A stretch of DNA of 64,000 nucleotides, from the NCBI GenBank assembly GCA_963791815.1, contig CAWBTT010000002.1, positions 346,727 through 410,726 of the forward strand. Reading direction: 5' to 3'. Made by a program: the position numbers and the translations under genes. Shown here in pieces: positions 35,247 to 43,447 of this stretch. The DNA is from an uncultured Candidatus Micrarchaeota archaeon (lineage in GTDB: Archaea > Micrarchaeota > Micrarchaeia > Anstonellales > Bilamarchaeaceae). The notes beneath the pieces were generated by a model. The model had not been told where the DNA came from and did not search any database. It saw only the letters and a list, made by a program, of their open reading frames with translations. The stretch's first letter is position 1, and the number at the start of each line of letters is the position of its first letter.

Positions 35247-35457
35247 ATGGGTGAAGGGCATAGTCTGCCTTCTGTGTTCAGGTAGCATTTGACTAAGCGG
35301 CACAAGGCCTTGCTCCGTCATCGGATAAAGGAACGCTCGTTTCAGCCCCTTGGGTATCGTTTCTGTACCGTTCCTTCGGCCCTTAAAGCCGGTGTATCCT
35401 CGCGGAGGGCAGAACTTCCTCACTTTTGCAAGCGTGAGCTACCTGCCCCTCACCCAT
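35247..35457 (-). ncRNA. rnpB: RNase P RNA, unusually short (~211 nt)
   Basis: Folded by eye on the minus strand. P1: AUGGGUGAGGGGC / GCCCUUCACCCAU (13 bp, one G-U). P2: CAGGUAGC / GCUACCUG. P3: UCAC-GCUUGCAAAA-GUGA. CR-I-like GAGGAAGUUCUGCC pairing with CR-V-like ACAGAAGGCAGACUAU (P4). P5: CUCCG / CGGAG. An internal ACAGAAA element. Confidence 0.75.
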
Positions 35458-35486
35458 TAGACATGTGGTTAGAATTGGTTAAAAAA

Positions 35487-36428
35487 TTACCTGAATGGCC
35501 TGCTATTGCGCCTCAACGGCATTATACCTGCTTTTATCTGAAGTTGTCTTTCAACTGATTCGAGCTCTACTGGGTCCAATGCCGCGCACATATCCGCTTC
35601 CACCAGGGCAGCAGGATACGCAAAATGCTTGCTGATTGCTGAAAGGCCTAAAACATTGGATGATGCTTTTTCAACATCCCCAAGGATTTCAACTCGAAGG
35701 GGAATGTCGTTTGCTGAGGGTTTGATATAAGTGACTTTGACATCTGCGCCAAGAATTCCAAGGTCCTTGTCAGATGGAGGTTTCTCAAAATAAGAAAATT
35801 CATTTGTTCTTTCACCTTCGGAAAGAAGATGATTGCATAGCACGCTGTCAGAACAATCCGGAGAAAGCCTTCGCGCCCTTGAATCCTTTATCACTCCGCA
35901 GAAGAGGCAATCATGAGAATAAAGTTTTCTGTAGGATTCAAGCAAATCATCATACATTGAACGGAGCTGGCTGCTTTTTGCTGGAATGTCTGAAGGAACG
36001 GGAAGGAGAGAGCCGTCAAGGAGCAAGAGGTCTGGTTTGAATTTTTCAACTGCATTATTTGCGCACTGGATTTCATGCTTCAGCCGAACTAGTGAGCGGA
36101 AGACATTGGCTTCATGTTCATCAAGAGAAGTTTTGATTTCAACTGAAGGCTCTGGCGACCTTGATGGATGGTATTCGTGCTCAGCAGGCTTGCCATCAAC
36201 ATATTTGAAATTGACCGCGACTGCCCTTGCAACTGCAATGTCAAGTCCGTGCATACGATGGTAGAGGAGGCCGCCGTCAACTGCAGAGACTGATAGGTTC
36301 AAAGGAGAAACGACAACTTTGCAAACTTCTTCTGACAAGTCTTTTGCTACTGCTCTTATGGAGTCCTCATTCCTCCGCATCTGTTCTGTAAGCTCATCAA
36401 TCTGCATAATGAAAGAAATTTCCGGCAT
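35487..36428 (-). CDS. nurA: NurA-family 5'-3' nuclease
   Basis: 313 aa. VSAVDGG, LLLLDGSLLP and GVIKDSRARRL blocks, characteristic of the NurA domain. Confidence 0.7.
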   Translation of the reverse strand: MPEISFIMQIDELTEQMRRNEDSIRAVAKDLSEEVCKVVVSPLNLSVSAVDGGLLYHRMHGLDIAVARAVAVNFKYVDGKPAEHEYHPSRSPEPSVEIKTSLDEHEANVFRSLVRLKHEIQCANNAVEKFKPDLLLLDGSLLPVPSDIPAKSSQLRSMYDDLLESYRKLYSHDCLFCGVIKDSRARRLSPDCSDSVLCNHLLSEGERTNEFSYFEKPPSDKDLGILGADVKVTYIKPSANDIPLRVEILGDVEKASSNVLGLSAISKHFAYPAALVEADMCAALDPVELESVERQLQIKAGIMPLRRNSRPFR

Positions 36429-36442
36429 AGATTATTTAGTTG

Positions 36443-37294
36443 CTAGTACCATTTTTGGGAATGGAGAAGCAACATGCAGGGTTGGTATGTTGGAAATTGT
36501 CCTGGATCAATGCGCATCCCATCAAAGTTAATGGACGCCATATCCAAGACATTGATTTCCCTGGGGCATTCCCCACGATCACATCTGGTAGTTGCATGCA
36601 TAAACGTAATTTCGCCAGAGCTATCCAATCTTAGCGTTACGACAACGGAAAAAGACTGACCTGGTTTTACTCCTGAGGCTATCGCAAGACTATCAATGGA
36701 CGATTTAAGTTTGCCATGAATGTTAGCAAGAATTTTTGATGCTGCTGCAACTGCAGCTGATGAACAAACATTGAGGTTTGATCCGCAAGTACAATTATTC
36801 CGACATACCTGATTAGATTCACAGCTTGGAACTGGAGAGCTTGGATCGCATTCTTCAGTTATTTCAGTAACGCCTAAAGAAAAAGCATTGCCATCAACAT
36901 TCCATTTTGCGTATGTTTCTTTTTTGTCCAGAACAGAGTTCCCGCAATGAAAATCAACTGGACAATTATCTATTGACTCGTGATATTGTTTTTCGCCATC
37001 CCCGCAATAGCCGCAACCTTCTGGATCAAAGGTAGGAGACCTTGGGTCTGCTTCGCCTTTTTCAACCTCGCAGCTTCCATCATCCCTTGCAGGTTTGCTG
37101 ATTAAAGGAGTTGATGGCATAGGCCTTGGGTTGCTCTTTTTTTCAGGGGAGTTGCATCCCTTCAACGCAAAAATCGCTCCGATTGCTGATGCTGCAACAG
37201 CAGCCTTGTAGTTAAGCTGTTTTCTTTTCATTTTACCACCCGTTTCAGTAATATGTATATAGTGTAGGTTTTTTAAAAAAAGTGGTAGCAGCAA
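36443..37294 (-). CDS. Cys-rich membrane-anchored/lipoprotein-like protein, distant paralog of the 415..4655 family
   Basis: Probable start is the ATG at 37231 (MKRKQLNYKAAVAASAIGAIFALKGC), preceded by GGGTGGT. CGYCGDGEKQYHESIDNCPVDFHCGN motif, EECDP...SCESNQVCRNNCTC, and a C-terminal domain (FSVVVTLRLDSSGEITFMHATTRCDRGECP...INFDG) alignable with the other paralogs. Confidence 0.7.
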   Translation of the reverse strand: MLLPLFLKNLHYIHITETGGKMKRKQLNYKAAVAASAIGAIFALKGCNSPEKKSNPRPMPSTPLISKPARDDGSCEVEKGEADPRSPTFDPEGCGYCGDGEKQYHESIDNCPVDFHCGNSVLDKKETYAKWNVDGNAFSLGVTEITEECDPSSPVPSCESNQVCRNNCTCGSNLNVCSSAAVAAASKILANIHGKLKSSIDSLAIASGVKPGQSFSVVVTLRLDSSGEITFMHATTRCDRGECPREINVLDMASINFDGMRIDPGQFPTYQPCMLLLHSQKWY

Positions 37295-37330
37295 CAGTAG
37301 AAATATAAGGACACTTGGAAGTATAATTGC

Positions 37331-37846
37331 ATGATTCTCTCAGATAACGACATCAGGAAGCTTCTGAAAAAAGGGACAATGAAAATCTCACCCTTGAAGG
37401 ACGACCAGATTGGACCTGCGAGTGTTGACCTTACTCTCAGTAATGAATGGCATTTCTTCAAACCAGAATTAAAGAAAAAAACAGTCGACCTGAGCAAAGT
37501 TCCATTCCAGAAAGCTTTCACAATGAAGAAAGCAGACAGCACAATTCTGAAGCCAGGGCAGATGTGCCTTGCCAAAACAAAGGAGAAGATAACACTGCCT
37601 GGAAACATCATGGGAAACCTGGAGGGAAGAAGCAGGTATGCAAGGATGGGTTTAGTCATCCATATCACAAGCGCTCTGGTCCATCCAGGAAGCAGCAACC
37701 ACCAGGTTCTTGAAATCGTCAACCTCGCGCCGTTCCCAGTAAAACTGCACGCTGGAATGAGAATCTCGCAGGTTGTCTTTGAGCAGCTTGATAGCAAGAC
37801 CAGCAAGCCATATGCCAAATACGGGCAGATTGCAAGAAAGCAGTAA
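37331..37846 (+). CDS. dcd: dCTP deaminase
   Basis: 171 aa. MILSDNDIRK...GPASVDLTL...GRSRYARMGL, typical of Dcd/dUTPase-fold enzymes. Confidence 0.9.
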   Translation: MILSDNDIRKLLKKGTMKISPLKDDQIGPASVDLTLSNEWHFFKPELKKKTVDLSKVPFQKAFTMKKADSTILKPGQMCLAKTKEKITLPGNIMGNLEGRSRYARMGLVIHITSALVHPGSSNHQVLEIVNLAPFPVKLHAGMRISQVVFEQLDSKTSKPYAKYGQIARKQ

Positions 37847-37891
37847 GCTTTAAGTTCAGCATTTGCCATAAATGGTATTGAGAGGATTCAT

Positions 37892-38509
37892 GTGTTCGAA
37901 ATAAGCGTGAAGAATGTCACATTGATGACTATTGTAGTTTTGGCACTGATGATGCTAATCTCAGGCCTAACATTCAACACAAATTTTGAGGAACCGAAAG
38001 TTTTTTTCAAGGAAGAACCAATTCAAAAGAACACGAAGCTGCAGATTCAGCACGGAGATGAATATGTTTACTCCTACATTATGAACAATAACCAGTCAAT
38101 CAATATCACATATGTAGTAATCAAGGAAAGCAACTGCACAAGGATATTCATTGATGAGAGCGTCAACAATACCAATATCTGCGTTGATGAGTGGGGGGTT
38201 GACGACACCGGCTCAAACGCGACATTCAAAGACCCATCATTCCTTCTTTTCAAGCCATGGATGCTCGCGCTTCATGATGCCTGGAAATGGAATAACTCGA
38301 TGTACATGAAGCTTGGAGATATGGAAAGCCATATAGCAGATAATAGTCTGAGAGTTATGAGAACGGAGGAGTACATGAACAGGACTGCCTATGTTGTCGA
38401 ACTCAGCACATCAACTGGCTCAAAGGAATACCAGTGGGTAGATGCTGAAAAAAGAATAATGCTCAAAAACCTAGGAGAAGGGTATCAGGTCGAACTAGTG
38501 GACAACTGA
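37892..38509 (+). CDS. Hypothetical N-terminally anchored extracellular protein
   Basis: 205 aa. One N-terminal TM and several N-x-S/T sequons. No family recognised. Confidence 0.45.
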   Translation: MFEISVKNVTLMTIVVLALMMLISGLTFNTNFEEPKVFFKEEPIQKNTKLQIQHGDEYVYSYIMNNNQSINITYVVIKESNCTRIFIDESVNNTNICVDEWGVDDTGSNATFKDPSFLLFKPWMLALHDAWKWNNSMYMKLGDMESHIADNSLRVMRTEEYMNRTAYVVELSTSTGSKEYQWVDAEKRIMLKNLGEGYQVELVDN

Positions 38510-38692
38510 AAGAGGCATAACTGCCTTGTCAAGCTCTCCTTCTGCAACCTGGATGAATGTCATTCTTTCTCCCTTGACTTTAATCAAAGGAGGCGCTCCC
38601 ATAGAAAGCTGGAGTGCCCGTGCACCGATTATCCGCGCAAGTTCATACTTAGTAAGGTCCATTATGTCACCAAAATCGTGTAAGTATAACAC
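38495..38692 (-). CDS. rpo6: DNA-directed RNA polymerase subunit Rpo6 (K)
   Basis: LTKYELARIIGARALQLSMGAPPLI core. The likely true start is the ATG at 38662 (55 aa). Confidence 0.9.
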   Translation of the reverse strand: MLYLHDFGDIMDLTKYELARIIGARALQLSMGAPPLIKVKGERMTFIQVAEGELDKAVMPLSVVH

Positions 38693-39871
38693 TTACAAAA
38701 CAATATAAACATTGCTCTTTTTGCCGAGGGTGAGCGCAGTCTCACCCGAAAACTTGAATGTCTTGGCAAGGGCCTTCTGCACTTGGATTTTCTGGCCTGG
38801 CTGCACCGAGGTGCCGCGCTCATCAAAGAGATAGAGGACTCCCTCATTCTCCTCATCATCGCCAACAACTACCCTTGTGAATGTGTCTTTCTTTGTCTTG
38901 GTCCTCTGATATTCCATATTTTCGACCAGCTTCACAATAAGCGGGTCCGTATTGACATTGCGCATCCCGTCGCGCAGGTTTGTGATATTTGTGATCTTGG
39001 TCTCCTTGAATTTTTTCTTCGCTAAATTGAATGCCAGTGTGATTTCCTTCTTGGCCCGCTCAATCATGGTCTTCTTCTCAATGTTCATGATTTTGTCGTC
39101 ACCACCCGAAAGCATCATCACTTCATAGGCCTTCTTGAAGAACGTGTCTGGAAGGGCGCGCATATCCTCCTCTTCCTTGATTTCCTCCTGCTCGACATGC
39201 TCAAGGCCGCTCACTTCAGCTGAAATCTGCTCGACATCGGTTGAGAGGCCAACCTCGCCTATCTCACCTGAGAGAGCATCTCCTGCTACTTCCACATCGC
39301 TTACTTCGTGGCTGGCATCCTCAGAGGTCTCCTCATGGACCGTAGTCTCCACAAGCGCGTCTGCCTGGCCACCTCCAACCTGCTCAAGGTCAGATATTAC
39401 TTCGAGGTAGTTGGTAAGGAACTCCTGCATAACCTTTCTTTCCCCATCCTTCTTGCCAGAAGCTTTGCTTTTCAGATACATCTTCTCTATCTGGGGCATC
39501 ATCTTCTCTTTTACGAGATCAGCCCTCTCTTTTCCAAGGCGTTTCTCAAAAAGTTGGGTTATAGGGGCAAGGACCTTTTCCTTTGAATCTGCAGGAACGT
39601 TCTTTTTCTCCTCTGATTTCTTGGATGGTTTGGTTGAGAATATCTTGGCAAATGACATGACTTCCGGCTCTTCCTTCTTTGCCTTATCAAGGAGGCTCAT
39701 CGCCGTTTCTCGGACTGAGGGGTCTTTATCATAGCTAAGCTCCACAAGGGCAAACAGAGCAGCTGGGTCCCCATGCCTTGCAAGTGACCTGGCAGCCTCT
39801 TTGCGTACCTCTGGATTCTCGTCGAAAGTTAACGAAACAAGCTTATTGATGTTGAGTTGTGCATCCTGCAT
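38693..39871 (-). CDS. HEAT-repeat protein with acidic linker and C-terminal OB-fold-like domain
   Basis: 392 aa. N-terminal ENPEVRKEAARSLARHGDPAALFALVELSYDKDPSVRETA (HEAT/PBS repeats). The C-terminal beta-rich ~110 aa are called OB-like only by pattern. Confidence 0.5.
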   Translation of the reverse strand: MQDAQLNINKLVSLTFDENPEVRKEAARSLARHGDPAALFALVELSYDKDPSVRETAMSLLDKAKKEEPEVMSFAKIFSTKPSKKSEEKKNVPADSKEKVLAPITQLFEKRLGKERADLVKEKMMPQIEKMYLKSKASGKKDGERKVMQEFLTNYLEVISDLEQVGGGQADALVETTVHEETSEDASHEVSDVEVAGDALSGEIGEVGLSTDVEQISAEVSGLEHVEQEEIKEEEDMRALPDTFFKKAYEVMMLSGGDDKIMNIEKKTMIERAKKEITLAFNLAKKKFKETKITNITNLRDGMRNVNTDPLIVKLVENMEYQRTKTKKDTFTRVVVGDDEENEGVLYLFDERGTSVQPGQKIQVQKALAKTFKFSGETALTLGKKSNVYIVL

Positions 39872-39908
39872 TTTTAGACCTCAGCGCCCGTTTTATATCC
39901 AAGTTAAT

Positions 39909-40979
39909 CTATTTAAGTATTTTCTCAATTGCATCCAAAGCTGCATCAATATTCTGAATATCGAAATTCCCCATGTGGGCTATTCTGAGCCCACTCTCTT
40001 TGAATTTGCCCCTTGCACCGACTATTTTTATGCCATATTCGCTCTCAAGCCTTGATTTGACATCCTTGGCCGAAATCCCTTCTGGGCAGACGAAACCAGT
40101 CACTGTATTTGATTCATATCCCGGCTCGGCAATGATATTAAGGCCCATACCTCCAAGGCGTTTTCGAACGTGCGCAGCAGCATCTGCATGCCGTTTCACG
40201 CACCCTTCCATTCCGCCTTTCTCATCAATGACATCAAATGCCTTCTGAAGAGCCCAAAATAGGGTAACTCCAGGCGTGTTCGGAGTCTGTTGGTCCTTGT
40301 CAAAGCGTTTCTTGTGCCTTCGAAGGTCCATATAATAGCTTGGAACATAATCGCGGGATGAGAACTTGTCTACAGCCTCTTTGCTCAGGCCAAGAATGGC
40401 CATCCCTGGAGGCGCTGCAGGGCATTTCTGGCTTCCTGCGACAAAAGCATCTATTCCGAATTCCTTCATGTCAAGAGGAGTGCCTGGCCATGCTGAGATT
40501 CCATCCACAATTGTAAGCATCCCTTTGGATTTGGCATAGTTGCAAATCTCTTTGACTTCGTTTCGGACGCCAAGGCTGGTCTCATTGTAAACAATTGCCA
40601 GAACATTTGCTTCGCTTGAATCTATCGCATCCTTTGTTCTCTCCAGATTCCAGCCTTTTCCATCCTCGATAGTATTCTCAATCGCATTGGAATGGACTTT
40701 GACTGTGAGGACCTGCTTGCTTCCGAAATCACCGTTCGGGAAGCACACTACCGCATCGTTTTTTTCGCAGAGATTGAGAATCAAGGTCTCAAGGCCCAAA
40801 GCCCCTGAGCCCGTTATAATGTAGGCCTCATCGGCGTTCATATACTTCTTCACTCTTGAGACCAAATCGCCATAAAGTTCGGACATTGCCTTGCTTCTGT
40901 GGGTAATCATATCCTTGCATTGCGCCTTTGCTATTTCGTCTAGTAGAGGTACTGGACCTGGAGAAAGTAATATGCCCAT
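39909..40979 (-). CDS. Class V PLP-dependent aminotransferase (Ser-pyruvate/Ala-glyoxylate/phosphoserine aminotransferase-like)
   Basis: Start chosen at the ATG at 40979 (MGILLSPGPVPL); the track ORF extends to 41063, into the neighbouring gene. GSQKCPAAPPG holds the PLP lysine motif. Confidence 0.8.
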   Translation of the reverse strand: MGILLSPGPVPLLDEIAKAQCKDMITHRSKAMSELYGDLVSRVKKYMNADEAYIITGSGALGLETLILNLCEKNDAVVCFPNGDFGSKQVLTVKVHSNAIENTIEDGKGWNLERTKDAIDSSEANVLAIVYNETSLGVRNEVKEICNYAKSKGMLTIVDGISAWPGTPLDMKEFGIDAFVAGSQKCPAAPPGMAILGLSKEAVDKFSSRDYVPSYYMDLRRHKKRFDKDQQTPNTPGVTLFWALQKAFDVIDEKGGMEGCVKRHADAAAHVRKRLGGMGLNIIAEPGYESNTVTGFVCPEGISAKDVKSRLESEYGIKIVGARGKFKESGLRIAHMGNFDIQNIDAALDAIEKILK

Positions 40980-41026
40980 ATTCACACCTGAAACAGAATA
41001 AGAAGAAAAATGATTAATAATGGCTC

Positions 41027-41407
41027 TCACCAGCCCTGCACAGTTTCTTTTACCATTGTACAAAAGGCCTGGGCGTTTCCCAGAATAAGGCCCTTTATCG
41101 CTTCCTTGTCTTTAGCCCGATATACATACTCATAGCCACCGCGGTCTTTGTTTGACTGCTCACGTTCAGCCAAGCCCTTTTCCATCAGGGAGCTTATTCC
41201 CCTCTGTACGACGCTCCGGTCTTTCTTTAGCGTCACTGCCAATCCGTTTGTGCTCACCCAGTTCTTTTTCTTAAGAAGTGCAAGCAGAACTGAAAGCTCC
41301 AGTTTGGAAAGGCCGAAAGAACACTGAAGCATATCCTCAATCGAAAGGTCCATGCATGAAAGATCAACCATAAAAGCACCTGTGCATAACTGCAATTGAA
41401 ATTGCAT
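41027..41407 (-). CDS. Winged-helix (MarR/ArsR-like) transcriptional regulator
   Basis: 126 aa. LSKLELSVLLALLKKKNWVSTNGLAVTLKKDRSVVQRGISSLMEKGLAERE. The start may be internal. Confidence 0.6.
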   Translation of the reverse strand: MQFQLQLCTGAFMVDLSCMDLSIEDMLQCSFGLSKLELSVLLALLKKKNWVSTNGLAVTLKKDRSVVQRGISSLMEKGLAEREQSNKDRGGYEYVYRAKDKEAIKGLILGNAQAFCTMVKETVQGW

Positions 41408-41432
41408 TGCTTGAATGTTTTTTTAAAACCGA

Positions 41433-41774
41433 TTGTGCATGATTAATGCACAGGTGATTGAATTGACAGATGAAAACGAAACAGCAAAAAAAATCATTGT
41501 CTACTCTACACAGACATGCCCATACTGCACAATGGTCAAGACGTTCCTGAAAGAGCAGAATATTGAATTTGATGATGTTGATGTCAGCAAAGACAGGCAG
41601 AAAGCTATTGAGATGGTCAAAAAATCAGGCCAGGCCGGAGTTCCGGTAACAGAGGTCAATGGCAGAATGATTGTTGGTTTCAGGCCTGACGACATATTGA
41701 AGGCCATGAATTCTACTCCTGTTGACCGTGAAAGCGCAATCGGCAATGTAATCTTCGACCCGTTTGATCAGTAA
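41433..41774 (+). CDS. Glutaredoxin-like protein
   Basis: 113 aa. IIVYSTQTCPYCTMVKTFL (CPYC active site) and GVPVTEVNG. Confidence 0.8.
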   Translation: MCMINAQVIELTDENETAKKIIVYSTQTCPYCTMVKTFLKEQNIEFDDVDVSKDRQKAIEMVKKSGQAGVPVTEVNGRMIVGFRPDDILKAMNSTPVDRESAIGNVIFDPFDQ

Positions 41775-42571
41775 ATGACTGTAACGGGTTCGTAGTATTT
41801 TCTTACATTACCAGCATAGACACGGTGGCTGAGCATGCGCTCCATTTCCACCCTAGCATCTTCTGAAGAGCGGTGAAGCCATCCTATTCTCATATTCAGC
41901 CGTATGATACGCCCAGGTACAAGATGCCTTGTGGATTTTGGCGGGAGGGGCGAATGTTCCTGCGCCGTCTTGATGATTTCAGGCTTTGTGTATGAGCGCC
42001 GGAAAAGAACTGAATGTCCATCGCACTTGTGCGTCCCGACCTCCTGCTGTGAGATGTATGCGACATCCTTTTTCTCAAGAAGGGAGAGAATGTAGTTCTG
42101 CTCCTCAACCATTTCTTTAATTTTGTAGTTGCCGGGGTTCAAAAGCTCGCACTTGCCGTTGCTGCTTATCATGAATGGGGACTTCAAATCAGCAAGTGCC
42201 TGCATTCCAGCATCATGGTCAACTGGTTCATGCTTAATCGAATCAAGTTTGAATATATCTTCTGGCTTGAGGCAGACCGATGGATACCAGGTATCAACAG
42301 TTATGTCATCTCGCATATAGTCGACTGTCTGGACTGCCGCATATGGACACTCGATTATTTCAAGGACTTTCTGGCGGTGATTACCGTCAATCACAAGCCC
42401 GGTTTTCTTATCCACAATAATCGGGTCAACGACTTGGCCGATATTCAGCATTGCCTCCTTCAGCCTTTTGATATTTTGAGAAATCGTCTGTTCGTGGGGG
42501 AGGAGGGCGTTGACCTTACGTATCTCTAAGCTTTCCAACATTTCATCCACTAGCGAGGACATGAAAGCCAT
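41768..42571 (-). CDS. ParB/sulfiredoxin-domain protein
   Basis: 267 aa. LLPHEQT...DPIIVDKKTGLVIDGNHR is a ParB/Srx-fold motif. Confidence 0.6.
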   Translation of the reverse strand: MAFMSSLVDEMLESLEIRKVNALLPHEQTISQNIKRLKEAMLNIGQVVDPIIVDKKTGLVIDGNHRQKVLEIIECPYAAVQTVDYMRDDITVDTWYPSVCLKPEDIFKLDSIKHEPVDHDAGMQALADLKSPFMISSNGKCELLNPGNYKIKEMVEEQNYILSLLEKKDVAYISQQEVGTHKCDGHSVLFRRSYTKPEIIKTAQEHSPLPPKSTRHLVPGRIIRLNMRIGWLHRSSEDARVEMERMLSHRVYAGNVRKYYEPVTVIY

Positions 42572-42653
42572 GTGTTGACATATGTTTAAAAAGTATCGGA
42601 AGATGCTCAGACAAAAGACGAAGCATCATGTTTTTTTCCTTTGTTCTGGATAG

Positions 42654-43211
42654 ATGGAGATGGACAAACTAGGGATATTGGAAAAAGAGGGGACTGTTTT
42701 TGTCATGGTAGACATCCAGAAGAAGTTCGAACCTGCGATGAGCAATATTGGAAGGACCATGGCAAACGCTAACGTGCTTGTTGAAACATCGAAAAGATTG
42801 GGGATTCCGCTTGTTGTCACTGAGCAATATCCCAGGGGACTTGGGCATACGTCTGAGAAGATTAAGATTCCTGAAAACACACATGTGATTGAAAAGACCA
42901 GTTTTGGATGTTTCGGCTGTGATTCATTTACTGAAAGAATCAAAGGGCTCGGGCCAAAACAGATTGTTCTCTTTGGATTGGAGTCGCACATCTGCGTGCT
43001 CAAGACCGCTCTTGATGCTTTGAAAAAAGGGATTGAAGTTCATGCGGTTGCCGATGCAATCTGCTCAAGAAAGGAGGAGAACAAATACTTGGGGATTGAA
43101 AGGATGAAGCAATCCGGAGTTTTCATCACGTCGACTGAAATGATTCTTTTCCAGCTTCTTGAGGATTCTGGCAGCGAAGAATTCATGGAACTGAGGAAGC
43201 TCATACTATAG
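42654..43211 (+). CDS. Isochorismatase-family hydrolase
   Basis: 185 aa. VFVMVDIQKKF, VVTEQYP, VLFGLESHICVLKTALDAL (catalytic Cys context). Confidence 0.8.
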   Translation: MEMDKLGILEKEGTVFVMVDIQKKFEPAMSNIGRTMANANVLVETSKRLGIPLVVTEQYPRGLGHTSEKIKIPENTHVIEKTSFGCFGCDSFTERIKGLGPKQIVLFGLESHICVLKTALDALKKGIEVHAVADAICSRKEENKYLGIERMKQSGVFITSTEMILFQLLEDSGSEEFMELRKLIL

Positions 43212-43248
43212 TTGTTTTTTCTCAAAATAAGCGTTTGGAAAGCAAAAA

Positions 43249-43320
43249 TGCGACCGCCGGGAATCGAACCCGGTCCGCGAGATTGGCAACCTCGAATCAT
43301 AACCGGTAGACTACGGTCGC
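43249..43320 (-). tRNA. tRNA-Gly (anticodon GCC)
   Basis: Minus strand: GCGACCG-TA-...-CGAGG-TTGCCAA-TCTCG-...-CCGGG-TTCGATT-CCCGG-CGGTCGC-A. 72 nt, no encoded CCA, followed by a T5 run. Confidence 0.85.
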
Positions 43321-43447
43321 GGATAATAAGGAACAATAGGATGAGCAAAAAGAAATAAAAATCATTCATGCGGAGCATTACTTACAAAATACCATTTATA
43401 CAAACATTTATAAATTGTTTACGGCTTATTAATCTCGTGAAAAAGTA

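Noticed and set aside
37273-37869. 198-aa minus-strand ORF covering the dcd region
   Set aside because: It is fully antisense to a confidently identified dCTP deaminase, and its sequence is hydrophobic low-information.
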